Origin: Magallana gigas
Taxonomy: Eukaryota
Direction of reading: 5' to 3'
Assembly: GCF_963853765.1 (NCBI RefSeq)
Contig: NC_088855.1
Coordinates: 31,682,001-31,746,000, forward strand
Length of the DNA stretch: 64,000 nucleotides
The stretch's first letter is position 1. Each line of letters begins with the position of its first letter. The position numbers were made by a program, and so were the translations under genes. Below are positions 40,101 through 53,073 of this stretch, one piece after another. Under the pieces are notes generated by a model. It saw only the letters and a list, made by a program, of their open reading frames with translations, searched no databases and was not told the origin of the DNA.

Positions 40101-41352
40101 TTGGTACATGTATACCGTGCACTCACCAGCGAAGCCCTCTGACCCTGGCTCACCCTTGTCACCTTTGATCCCGCGGAAGCCCCGAGGTCCCCTGGCACCT
40201 TTACGTCCAATCACCCCGATAGTACCATTTGAACCCGTCTCTCCCTTTAGCAATATTGCTGAATTGGCAGTGAACAATATTGTTTCTTACATGTATGAAT
40301 AAATGCATTTGGCAAGTGTTCGCCTCTATCACCATCAGTTTTTTGCTGGTTATATTATAGTGTAAACAATGTAAATGTAAAAAATATGTTGTAGGATTGT
40401 ATGACTACATGTACCTGCAGTAACGGCACAAGTCTGGCTGTTCAGTGGAATATAGTAGCGAAAGATCTTAGTGTACCAAGAACATCTCCCTGTCCTCCTA
40501 ATGGGAAATACAACGGTTTGTTTAGGATAGGGAGACTCAGTGTGGGACAATTGATTTCAAAAATGATACACAAATTTTAGATTTTAGAAGAAACTAAGGA
40601 TTCATTTATTTAAAAAATGGTCATTGGATTTCAAAATTTTTTTAGTATTTAAAGAAGCTACCCAGCCATCCCGCTCGTATTTTGTCGCAAAAGACAGACG
40701 TTAGACGTGGTATTATAAGCATAATCTATATGAACATAGATCAGCAATATAACTTACCAATTGTACAGGTATATTCTTCTGGCATATTGTTTTTCTTCGT
40801 AACAACAGTATCTGGTACTGCATTGCGTGTTGTAGGACAAACTTCTTTATATATACAACAAATAGATTTAAATATTTTAAAAATTCATCAACTAATTTTA
40901 TAAGCTCATACTAAATGCATAGAGAAATTGGCTTAAACTAACAAAATCTACTACTATTTAAACCATGTTCATTAAGTAGCCAAATTAAGGCCTCTATTAT
41001 CAGATCGAGTTTACACTAATCATCTGACCCCCATCATAAACATGGCCTATATATCTGCGGCAGTGTTGCAGGCGAACGGAAGCGATAAGCTTCTGCGCCC
41101 TCCTTTGATAAATACCATTTGTTGGGGGGAAAAGTAAACATATTGTATTTGCAGATTGCGTGTGCAAAAACTTCTTGCCTCCTCAAGAAAATGAACGTGT
41201 ATCAATGCATCACACATGGGACAACAATGATTTACAAAAACTAAAAAAGTAAAAAAAAAATCTCACCTGTTATTTCTTGTCTTTGAATATCCGCCAATTC
41301 CAACAAACAAAACACCGAATATCGTAAGTAGAATGGTCGCCCTATTCAACAT
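37112..41352 (-). CDS. Short secreted collagen-like protein (gene D, about 410 aa)
   Basis: Exons 41352-41267 (signal), 40844-40758, 40497-40415, 40258-40127, 39947-39762, 39418-39384, 39203-38846, 38178-38128 and 37326-37112 are phase-consistent (1233 nt). They give a Cys/Tyr-rich N-terminal domain, three interrupted Gly-X-Y blocks and a C-terminal domain [21 protein letters not shown]...[13 protein letters not shown]. Confidence 0.8.
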
Positions 41353-41996
41353 CTTACTAACTGCTGGACAGCGGTATAGGGATTTCTAAATCATTATCCC
41401 CATAGAAGAAGCCAAACAGATGCCTATAGTACTGTGTATCAACGTTTTTTTTGTCTTATATCACCAAGACATTCACCGTGAATACCATTATATACAAATG
41501 CAATCTTTGCTGAACAGATTAAAGGACTCCTCTTTAATACAAAGCTCTGGATAATGTAAATCCATGCTTCGCCCAAAAATCCATTGTGAATTCCCAAACA
41601 ATGTGAGGAGTTAATTGAAACAATGTCAAAACCTGAGCTCCGGTGTACGGTATATACACGTCTAAATGTATATCTCCGTAACACAGAGAGAACCCCCCTC
41701 CGACTTCTGACGGTCAGCAACTCTGACAAATGATCTCATTACCCCACAGAAAATCTGTTGGGGAGGCACAAGAATGATTTTTAAGTTGGGAATTGCTAGA
41801 TGAAAAAATACGTGTCTTTCCTAAAGTATTTTCCCCATGTTCACTTATATTAGTCATTAGCTGCCAAACTGTCAAACGGTTAGTTGATAAAGATGCAACA
41901 GTGCAATTATTATCTATTTATACAAGTACGTTATATTCCGTTAGTCACCGGTTACTTTAGAAACACTAGTTCTTGTTTCTTGCAATAATAGAAACA

Positions 41997-42196
41997 NNNN
42001 NNNNNNNNNNNNNNNNNNNNNNNNNNNNNNNNNNNNNNNNNNNNNNNNNNNNNNNNNNNNNNNNNNNNNNNNNNNNNNNNNNNNNNNNNNNNNNNNNNNN
42101 NNNNNNNNNNNNNNNNNNNNNNNNNNNNNNNNNNNNNNNNNNNNNNNNNNNNNNNNNNNNNNNNNNNNNNNNNNNNNNNNNNNNNNNNNNNNNNNN
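41997..42196. other. Assembly gap (200 N)
   Basis: N run next to an (AG)n tract, between collagen-like genes D and E; the true distance is unknown. Confidence 1.

Positions 42197-42250
<54 letters not shown>
42197..42250. repeat. (AG)n microsatellite
   Basis: Directly borders the gap and probably caused the contig break. Confidence 0.95.
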
Positions 42251-42253
<3 letters not shown>

Positions 42254-42505
42254 ACGACTTTGTGTAGTTATACCAATCTCATCTGAAAATTTTAAAATTC
42301 TTATAACTGATTTCAGTGACACTCATTTATAAGAAATAAGATTTAACAAATAAATATTTCTGTTTTTCATGTCTTTTTTTTAATTTTTCAAAATTCGAAA
42401 AGTATGCAAATGCACCAGTACACTGGTATATGTATATGTCCACTTTCTTTTATTAATAATTGCATATCACCAAAACACATGTATACTGTCTATAAACCAT
42501 AAACA

Positions 42506-45500
42506 TCATCGGCCATCCTCCGAGCACTGACTGTAGTATCGCAGTGCGTAGCTCACGCACTCTCCCCCTTCTTCCCTCAGTTCTTGCATTAACTTCCGGC
42601 GAAGACTGTCAATTGGCGGAAGTGGCGGAGGTGGGAAGTTTGTCAAATTCACTGAAATGTTTGAAAAATTAAAAGCGAGATAAGCAACATTATTGCTTAG
42701 GAATCAGTAAAATTACCACTAGAATTATCAAAAAGTTACTGATTATTTTCTCAACGTCAGTAAACGGGGGCATTTTTTGGGGGAAGGGGGGGGGGCAAGG
42801 CAAATGTCAGTCAATTAAGATGATGATGCCACATTACTGAGTTCAATGGCCTTAGATTTGAACGGACAGACAGACAGATAGAGACGGGTGGAAATAGGCG
42901 AGAAGTTGCGATTTTTGACGTGTACGGTTAGGAAAATACGAAAGAGGTACACATGCTTGTAAACCAAATTAAATATAAACCTATCCACCGACGATTTCTT
43001 TGCCGGGGGGGGGGGGGGATAGATCATTTCAATGGTTAGTCATCAAAAAGATTCTCAAAAAATTATAACAATGTGTTATAACAGTTGAATGCAGGTATAA
43101 AAATTAAATGTTTAAAAATTGTCAAAATGCATGGGTTAAAAATTCTAATAAAAGTAAAATGACGAATTGATGAAAATACGCTAAAGGGTAGCAATGTATG
43201 CCTCATTGCATAAGATCTGACATAGATTCGAATTGGCTTGGATACTAATATCCTTCACCGTTTGGCTACATTGGACAGCCACTAATAACAATTTCATAGA
43301 GATTTCAGATTTGGTCCAACGTTTGGTAGCTTGTCACGGTAAAATATTAATATCCGCTTTTTGAAGACGAAGGATCAAAATGTAAATTGAAGCGGGTGAC
43401 ACACACACTTAAATATCTCAGTATTAATGCACACAGGGAAATATTCGTCCTCGCCAAGGTTGTCAGTGGGCATATTGTTTTCAGTACTGAGTTAATATTC
43501 CCAGTTCTGGGCGAATTCAAGACGGGGTGAAAACTTTGGCAATTGTAGAAGGGGTAGGTGTAAAAGTAGTCAGGGAAATATTTCCCAGACATATGTCCCG
43601 CGATTTCCTAATTTCCTTTTTCGCGTCTAACTTATTTCCCAATTATTATTTTCAAAAACCATTAATCAGATATCAAAAAGCATCTTAATTTTAATCGATT
43701 GTATACTTTCTGCTTCATAATAAACATTAATAAGTTAAAAAACCGCCAATTTTCCTTCGTCAAAAGTGTAACTGTAGTCCTACTTTTACACCGACCCTGT
43801 AGAAGAAAACAATAACACGGGGCGAAAATAACCCTGTATACAGTGATTAAAACCCAAAATAAAGCTTTGACCGAGTTTTCAAATTGAACAGTTCGGAGAT
43901 TTGATGAAGGAAAGTATAGGTAAAAATATCTCGGTCAGGCCAAATTTCACCAAATTTCGTTGTCGAATCATGCCAAGTAAATTATTTGTGGTATGCATGA
44001 TGCGTTTGATACATATTAAATTATGCTTACCTGATTTTGTTGAAATTTGTTCGTCTTCAATCATAGGGGTTACTGAAAAGTTTTGGTCAGTTGATTATCA
44101 GCGCATGCAAGTACGTTCAGCCAATTTACACCAAGTGCTCTAGAATAGCTCTTTGTGTGAAAATTATTATATTCTTTCAGTATATACAGACTAAAAGTCA
44201 AGCAGTTTATTTACAGTTGATTTCAATATCTCGAACACTGATATCTCGAATAAAACATGGATATGTCGGAGTGATTTTGTAGGTCCCAATCACTTATTTT
44301 TAAGTAATTTACCCTCGATATCTCGAATATCTCTGAGTTTTAAAACAGTCCCATTTAGTTCGAGATATAACGAGGTTGGACTTATTAGTTCGAGATAACG
44401 AGGTTGGACTTTATATCTATATTATTGATTCTCGGAGTATTATAAGGTACAAAAATTTGTCCATTTCGTTGTTGATTTGCCCCTCGAAATCAAATCACGC
44501 TGAAGTTAATCGTTGTTAAAGATTTTTGTATGAACTGACATACTGTTGATTTTATTTTATCTGTGAAAATAAATGCCCTAAAATGTTATTGAATCTACAG
44601 TAGACAGTTGTATTTTAGTATTTTTCATTTGTAGGCATCGCAAATTTAGTTCAGAAATTTTAAAATAGAGAGTTTCATTATATTAAGAATAAAAAGCATT
44701 TTTATTGATAAACCATGGACATGCACTTATTAATTCACACCTGGATCTGGTCGCTCACAGGAACAGTCCTGGAGTTGACTCTCTAGTTTCTGCAATGGTA
44801 AAGTACATCAAAAGTACAGTACAGCCAACATTATTATTTCGGTTACAATTCAAACTTACGACTGCTACATGACCAGTCATGACCACCTCCGAAAATAATC
44901 AAGTATACTTACTTGTATTCGAGCTTCAAGGTCGAGGATGATTTCATCTAAAAGGAAAATAAATACGCAGTCTTATAAAAGCTTGAAAAAAATTCCCAAT
45001 AATTTGATTTTTTTTTTTATTTAAGGTACATCAACCAAATCTTTTAAAAGTTATGATGCTCTAATGGCTAATAATAAACTATAATTGGAATACATATAAC
45101 TTCAGCAAATCTGATGAAACAAAGAATTTGCCATTTTATCGGACAATTCTTTAAAGGAATGATAGTCATTTATCCCGTTGGAATTTATTTCTCTCATGTT
45201 CTTTACCCTACGAGAAACAAGTCAACCTAAAGATCTGACAAGTTGACATAAATATCTGACAAGTCGACACAGTCATCTGTCAAGTCAACAAAATCATCTT
45301 AAAAGTGGTGGCAGATCTATGCCACCATAAATTTGTAAACAGTTTAGCTAAGTACATACCAATGTCCTCAGTCGGTTCGCCCTTGTCTCCTTTCGGCCCC
45401 TGCGCCCCAAGGGAACCTTTTGGTCCCCTAATGCCTAGTGCACCGGGTTCTCCCTTTTGACCCCTTTGTCCTTGGGGACCCCGTGGAGGAGGTCCATAAT

Positions 45501-47827
45501 CATCAGTATCCCCGGGTTCCCCTTTTGGACCGACTGGCCCCATATCCCCCTTTGGGCCTCGATCTCCCTTTTCTCCCTTCACGATAACTTCTCGCAAGAT
45601 GGAGATACCGGGTACTCCTTGAAAACAAATGACAGACTGTACAAAATACACTGGAAACTTCCTCAATATTTACAAACCTAATAACTGGACGCTATTGACA
45701 AATATTTATACATGATTGTGCATGTGCAGCCGTGTAGCCCTGAATTCATTAACGTAACGCCAAACTCACAGTGATTCAAATAATCTTATGGTTAGTTTAA
45801 GGTTGTGGACAATTCGTACTGTCAATGTGATTTACGTAATTCATACATGTACCTGGTTTTCCCGTGTCGCCCTTTGGGCCTGGTTTTCCTCTGTAACCTA
45901 GACAAAATACATAATTATTCATAATTTGTTAAAGCACGTGTAGCACATAAGAATACACAGTCCTTATATGTTGCAGTTCTTTTATTCTTGATAGTTTATT
46001 ATTTGGTAATATTTGGTAATACAAATGTATTTGGTAATATTGACAGTGGTCCTAAGTAAGGAATGCTGTATTAGGGCTTCCGGCCACTGTGACTGTGACG
46101 TCAGCATATGAGGAATCTATTAGACAAAATGGTCTTTCCCCGTCAACATCTACGATGAAAATGCCGCCAAAAGATGGCCTACTGCCTATACCGTAAATTG
46201 ACCAATCAATGGACAGATTCACAAGTGTAAAAAATTAATAATATAAACTACTTACAACCGAATACTGATATTATAACAGTTATTCAATTAGGATATAAAC
46301 ATAAAAATACTTTTTCATTTCCAAATTTTAACTATTGTAGAAATTGTAAATGTGAATCTCGAACCCGATGTTAAATATACTTTGCCCTCATACACACGAG
46401 TTAGAACAATAGGCCAATAGGCGACATCGCTCGCCCAAGCAACACTATCCTAAACGGATCCAACTCTGACCAAAGCAGCTTACTCGCTTTACGATGTGAA
46501 TTACATATATTATAATATATTATTAAGATTCTAGATCTGTTATCTCCATTTTTCCATACCCCCTCTCCCAGGTCAAGTTTGGGGAAAAAAATATCAGAAA
46601 ATTCTTATAAAAGGTTAAACTAGCACAAATTGTTATAACCATTTTTATTTCATTTATTTTTTTTTTTTTTTTTTTTACAAAAGTTAGGGTGTAAGATACA
46701 TTAAGGTAAATAGATTTATCCAATTGTTGTCATTCGAATACCCATTAAAGATAACGGTTTGACTAATTTTAAACTTGCAAATCTCAATACTACATTATGT
46801 ACCTTCTAAACTAAGTTAACATTATATAGTGGCCTTAGGTTCTTCAGAAATTTTTTGACAAAATTTTAGATCTCTTGTTGTTTGTGACTATTGGTTTTGA
46901 TTCTTAAGAAAAAGGTGTTTGACACACCACACTCTCTTTTCAGTATTTCCTATTTACATGTATCTTCTATCAGCAAATCAGTGAACATAACTTGGCACCT
47001 TAATTTAAACGAACTTTTATAGCACTAAACGCAAGTATAACTGTAGAAATAGAACATGTAAAATGTTTTAAACGGACAGACGGACGGACCGACCAATTGG
47101 CGATCAGAAAAGCTAGATTGAGTTTCAGCTCCTGTGATAATAATGAAAACATATACCTTACTGAAGAAATTACTATTATGTAAATTAATTGATGAAAGTA
47201 TAATCAAAGCTACATCTTCTGAAATCGGTAGGCTCAATGATATACCAACAATACGTGAACAATATGCTACGTGTTTTATACTGACCAGGAGGAATTTCGC
47301 ATCTATTTCTCCAAAACTGGTTGTTTTCTATATACCTTAGATCGCCGGCCCAGAAACAGTTTACTCTAAAATAAAATAGCGTAGATGTTAAAGTGTTATG
47401 TGATAAGGGTAACAATTCCACGGATGTCTTCACCAGGGTTCACAACTGTTTTGTTTTCAAGGTTGAAATATCAGTGCTTGTAATAAATATTGTAGTAAGG
47501 AAGTATATCAAATAAATACATCTTACCGGAAGTTACGCAAAGATTTGATAAGAAAAAAAAAACCAAATGTCTCTGGGTTTTACAAATATTATTGTATGTA
47601 AATATATGTATAACTTAGAAAGAAACCTAATTATCATCTAATAAAACTTAATGCACAATTTTGGTAAACAGAAATCAAAACCAATGTCTTTTTCTTTTTT
47701 TTCAGACATAGCAATTCTACATTATTGCTCACCTGATTTGCGACGACTGTCCATCAATATCTAATACACACATCACTAAAATTATAATCCAAGATAACAG
47801 TCCTAATTTACTTTTAATTGCCATCAT
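42506..47827 (-). CDS. Short secreted collagen-like protein (gene E, at least 235 aa), paralog of gene D
   Basis: Exons 47827-47733 (signal [26 protein letters not shown]), 47365-47286, 45897-45853, 45617-45360 (Gly-X-Y), 44947-44913 and 44789-44741 ([23 protein letters not shown]), 42651-42506 ([20 protein letters not shown]...[13 protein letters not shown]). An extra small exon near 47160-47217 is possible. Confidence 0.72.
43430..43843 (-). mobile_element. Degenerate copy of the 10701-10919 MITE family
   Basis: acggggcgaaaataaccctgtatacag (43817-43843) and gggcgaattcaagacggggtgaaaact (near 43510) are near reverse complements of parts of the 10.7-kb element. Confidence 0.55.
44214..44411. 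mobile_element. Degenerate Tc1/mariner-like MITE
   Basis: Starts TA|cagttgatttcaatatctcgaac and ends with a duplicated ttcgagat(a)taacgaggttggact terminus; internal atatctcgaa repeats. Confidence 0.5.
46400..47135 (-). mobile_element. Degenerate HINE-type element, reverse orientation
   Basis: aacaataggccaataggcgacatcgctcgccc resembles the reverse complement of the HINE 3' end. acggacagacggacggac...gatcagaaaagct...tttcagctc resembles the reverse complement of the 5' end at 22883. Confidence 0.55.
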
Positions 47828-48725
47828 CCAGTGGTCACCGATGGCTACCTATCACAGCTTTCTGTGTGTGCATATCGAGCATTAAGTGCACCTCCCCCGA
47901 CTTAGTGCATCAGCGGAATTTCCTGTCCATTTGTGGGATTAGTTGTTGTAATTTTTTTTTCGTGAACACTGCTGAATTTCATGATTGATCATTACTCTTT
48001 CCAGAAATGAATTAGACATGTGAATTACACTGTCATCTGTCTAGCTAGAGAACGATCAGGCCAGTGGTTAATTAATTACATCCATCAGAGATTTAGGGAT
48101 TCGTGTAAATTTAAAAAAAATTTAAAAAAACAAAACGTGACGTCATGAACAGGTTTTTTTTTTCCATCGGCGCTTATCTCTCTTGGACAGAACGACATCA
48201 TCTTTGGACTACTGTATTATAACTATAACACGTACTCCTGATATCAAAAAATGATATTTTATAGGAATACAGTGTAAATGAGATGGCTACGAAAGGCAAA
48301 TTGCACGTTGGTCCAATGCTATTGTTTGTGCATAAAAATAGTTTAGATTTTATAAATGATTGTCTTTCTTCTTTTCTGTTGCTTGTTAATTGAAATGTTA
48401 AACAAGTAATAAACATTTAGAGCGTGCGCTTTTGCATATAAATTCTTATTGAATTGTTACAGATACACTTGAACTTTTGATAATGAAACTAAGTCATATT
48501 CATTAGAATTTTAAAGCATTTTTTTTTATTTGTGCACACATCAATGTAGGAAAACACAATTTAATTTGTAGATTATTTACAAAATGGATTTGGTATTATG
48601 CATGAACGAATGAAAGAAATCAACTTCAGTAACTGAACATTAATTGCTTTAACAGTCTTTGAAATTGTTTACATCTCATATCCATTCAACTAAAGTAAGA
48701 ACAAAATCACGATTTCTTGCTGACA

Positions 48726-50394
48726 TCATGAGGACGCTACATCATGAAAGTTCTCTTCTTCCTCAGCCTCGTCCTGACCTATGGTGTCGTCATCGGATAC
48801 GTCAGACTCAGCCTTCTCTTTGATTGGCGGTTTTCCGTCTCCAAGGTCATGCTCTAAAGGTTTTCCATCTCCAAGGTCATGCTCTAATGGAGCCTCTTCC
48901 TCCTCTTCTTCGGCATCGTCAACAGGGCGTTGGGCCTGCTCTTCGGATTTTTCCATCGGGGTTTTTTCTGTTAGTTCTTCCTCGCGGTTCTCTGCTTCCA
49001 TTTCTAGCGAGAGTCTGCTTCGTTCCAGTTCGTCCATTTGGCTAAGACCACGAGTTAAAAGCTTAGGACTACCAGACTTCTGGTACTCTGTTGAGTTGGA
49101 GGCTGAGGGAAACTCGGGAGGCAGATCATAAGCCACAGAATGGAGACTTATCGATAATCCCTTCTCCTTTGTTGTTGCTTCGCTTTCCTCCTTCGACATT
49201 CTGTATTCTCTGTAAGGGTTCAGTTCTTTGGCACTGTGTCGTATATTAGTTATATATACGACATCGTTAAAGCCAGAAAAGTCAATCTCCCATCTGCCAT
49301 TGCCAGCGTCAAATTCCTCAATACGATCGAATCGATGACCCCAAAGGATTTCCGAAGGTAGATAGGAAGTTCTAGCTTGACAAAACTCCCCAGTTGTTTC
49401 CAAGGTTCCCTCAATACAAACCACAAGTTCATAAGCTTCAGAGGACAAATCGGATGGCCTTATATCCCAAAAGGGGCTCTCTTGTGTAATTCTATGACTT
49501 AAAATAAGGGGCCACATAAGCATTATGGTATCCCCCATTTTGTTGGCCTGGAAATGGACATCGTGTTGAAACAAAGGGTAGGCTACTCCTTCCCGGGTAA
49601 CGTGTCTTTTGATGAGGATTCCGTGTACTTTGGCATCAATAAGATGGCTTTGTCGCATATCTCCTACGCGAATCTGTAAGCACGAGAATTACAAAAATAA
49701 ATAAAAATGCATTTATACAACAATTTCTCAGTATTCAAAAACCAAATTGATTTCGTAAACAAAGTATAAATCTTATAATTACCTGCAGACAAAGATCGCC
49801 TTCCTCTTGCGCAACACATGCCACTTTACTGAACATTATGGTCTTCCTTCGACGCTTTGGCTGAGCAAATTTGACAAAAATGAAGCCCAGGAGGACATTT
49901 TCCAACAGAATACCGACTGTGATCTGTACAAAGAGAAGTGGAAGGGCGCCACCACAGTCTGTATTTGGATAGGCGAAACCGTATCCGATGGTCGTTTGGG
50001 ATTCAATGGAAAACAGCATGGCGTCACCGAAACTGTGGACGCCTGCGACGCATGATTCCCACTTGGGATCGTTTAGGTGGTCGAGATCCCCATGATTATA
50101 CATCATCCAATACCACATGAGGGCGAAAAAGAAGTACGACAAAAGATGGACATTGAAGAGCACTGCCAAAGCATACCGCCATTTTAGGTCAATGAGAGTT
50201 ATGTAGAGGTCTTGGAAAAATTTGGCGCGGTACTCTTTTAGTCCCGTGTATTTCACTCTGTAGTGCCCGGATTTCTGTACAATTGCTCTCCGTTGTTCTT
50301 CTGGGTTATACTGACCAAGGTTAAATCTTTGTTTGACATAATTAACAAAGGGCAGTTTGCTAAGTTTTTCTTCCACTTTTTCTTCCGTAAACAT
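48726..50394 (-). CDS. Inward-rectifier potassium channel (Kir/KCNJ family), paralog 1, about 519 aa
   Basis: Exons 50394-49783 and 49673-48726 with a 109-nt GT-AG phase-0 intron. Motifs: LIDLKWR, M1, FSIESQTTIGYG filter, M2 QITVGILLENVLLG, IRVGDMRQSHL, YELVVCIEGTLETTG, RTSYLPSEILWGHRF, long acidic tail. Confidence 0.95.
48829..48890 (-). repeat. 30-bp coding tandem duplication (PLEHDLGDGK x2)
   Basis: ggttttccgtctccaaggtcatgctctaaa followed by ggttttccatctccaaggtcatgctctaat. Confidence 0.9.
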
Positions 50395-51441
50395 GGCGAT
50401 CGTTCGAAAGCTCGCGACCAATTGTTCGGTATGTGAGTTTCAGGTTTGCCTTTTTGGGGGATTTTTACGGTGGTCTAAAATTTTGACATCCCAAAATTAA
50501 TGGTAGATTTTTCCTGTTGATTAGTTAAATTACCAATAAATCTCAGTCAAGAAAAAAAAAATATATAAACAATTGTAGTAGGTAACCTAAGGGGCATAAC
50601 GCATCATTGCCTATAACGGTAGTGAGGCGGAAAATTCGTCAGGCGAAGCGTTTGCAAGTACATAAGTATCAATGTCTTGTTTCAACTGATGACAAGATAA
50701 AAGAAACCGATTAATGGGTAATCAATCAATAATCCTGAAATATCGATCTCTTAATTAATGGGTTTGTCCGCAACAAGAAATTGATCAACACAGTTTTTTT
50801 CAATTTACGCGTCAATTACAATGAAGGTGCTGAATCAATACTTTTCAACAAAGGCTGACCAATAACTAGTCAAAATTAAAACCTTGTTCCATATTTGCTT
50901 ACATCAATAAAACAATTATGGAATTTGTCATACGATTGAAACAATTTTTTTAAACTAAAAAATAATTAAAGAATAAAACATTGTGAAGCTTTTTTTCCCA
51001 CGTTGTATTTTACTAGTGCCCTTCTAGTGCCCTTAGCCCCCCCCCCCCCCCCCCCCAAAAAAAAATGTAAAGAATGTTTACATTTATATTCAGCATTATT
51101 TAAGAACCCATAATTTAATGTCCTGGAAAGGATTCCGTACGTGTATACATGTAAAACACAAGACATTATAAACATGTTATCAATGCATTGTAGAAGAAAT
51201 CAGAAATCGGACTACTTACACCAACACATGGATCATACATGTAAATCAAATAGCAATCAGATTTACTTGGGTAATTTGTAAATGATTTAGTTGAAAAGTT
51301 TGTAACAAGATCACTTGGAAATGTGTTTCAATTTTGGGGGGAAACGTGCATAAAACATGAAACTATTCACACACAAAAAGACCATGTAGAATTAATTCAT
51401 ATCAATACGTAAAGTCTCCAGCTCCGTTGAAAAAAAAAATT

Positions 51442-51445
<4 letters not shown>

Positions 51446-51484
<39 letters not shown>
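51446..51484. repeat. (CT)n microsatellite
   Basis: About 19 CT units in the region between the two Kir genes. Confidence 0.9.
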
Positions 51485-51487
<3 letters not shown>

Positions 51488-53073
51488 GGGTCCACATAAT
51501 ACACACATTACGTATAAATGTGCATTTCCTGAGCTATTTCCTTATCAAACAATCATTGCATATATAAATGGTCAATATGTGATTCACGTTCATAAGGCAA
51601 ATGAATGCGGAAAATCGTAAAAAACCGGTTTTTATTTAATATAAAATGAATCTTAACCCCATTTAGCCTGGGCTAGAGAATTCCGCACTAAATAATGGCC
51701 ATCGTTAGGCAAAATAAACATGACCATGCATTTGTGTGGAATATTAACTATAAATCTACAACTGGAGTAGTTTGTTAACCCAATTTTGTTGTCTTTAAAA
51801 CAGCCATAGCGGACAGCACTGTCCAACACCACATCATAGCGTTCGAGTGACTACTAAAAAAGCTCGGTCACTCTCGACATGGCGCGAAATTCTACTTGAC
51901 AATAAAGGCCGCTTTATGGCCGAAATGATGGATCTGTGATTATGACCATAAGTGTGGTATTCTTATTGATATTCTTTACTTCCCTTCATTATGCAACATG
52001 CATATGTTGTATTCATACACTCTTAAGAGATAAATGCATGCACCAAGTCTGGTCAAAAAAGGCATATAAAGTAGATATGGGTCATCATTCTTTTCTCCTT
52101 TTTTGAATTCCAAAGCATTTTTTTCTTTTAATTAAATCGTAAAGTAAATGCTCACAAACAGCGTACGGAATGGAAAAAAGTCGAAAACTTATCATTCTTT
52201 ATTTATGTTTTAAAAGCTTCTTTGCATACTTTGAATGAAAGTATTGCTTTTATATCATTTGATGTTGCTCATAAATAGTAAACATTTTTGTAAATATTAA
52301 CTAAATAAATTTACATTATATATCTGTGTAACTTGTGTTATTTTTTTCACTCATAACCAACATATTTTTCTCAAACATAACCAATAATTCTCCACGTCGG
52401 AGACTTGAAGAAGGTAAATAAAAAAATTCTTCACCATGAGCAAATAAAAAAGCGGGAGCTATAGCCACGAATAATTATGTTAATGCGATGTCTGTAGATT
52501 GTTTTGGTCAATATGACTACAAAAAACAATGTTGATTGTTGATCAGGTGCCCGGGGATCGATAATCAATCCACCTGTCCGGCGATAATATTCCAATAAAA
52601 GGGCACCGGTCGCCGCAAGGAATCGGCCTCGTTTTGAGGGGCCGGAGCGGGAGATCCGGAGCACGTGATTTACAGAATCTCCGACCAAAACTTGCAATAA
52701 AAAAGGCAACAGAGTCGTATTTTTACGACGGTCATAATTAATGGATATTTGACAGGTTGATATCGAATGCTTCCACTTCTTCTATCCGTCTTGTCGCGCT
52801 GTCGGGGACAAATCAAAAAGTTTTTTATGGTGAATCTAATTTGTAAAATCAAAGAGAAGGATTAAGATTGACTGGTCAGAGAACGTAGGTGATTCAGAAA
52901 TGTTATATGCCGACCAAAGCTGTTACCGCAATCATTGCAATGGGAAACGAAACAACTATTTATTATCCCGCAATCATCGCAGATTATTTCATACCAAAGA
53001 ATATAATACAAAGGAAAATAAACGTCTGCTTAGTCATTTTTACTTTTGCCGTTAGAAAATGTTGGTCAAAAAA

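Noticed and set aside
40758-40844. 87-nt exon of gene D open in all three frames
   Set aside because: Flanking exon phases select one frame; two extra short open frames can arise by chance.
41941-42332. ORFs containing X runs and ER/SL repeats
   Set aside because: Artefacts of the N gap and the (AG)n tract.
48781-49131. Ser-rich plus-strand ORFs over the Kir tail
   Set aside because: Antisense shadows of the Glu-rich coding strand.
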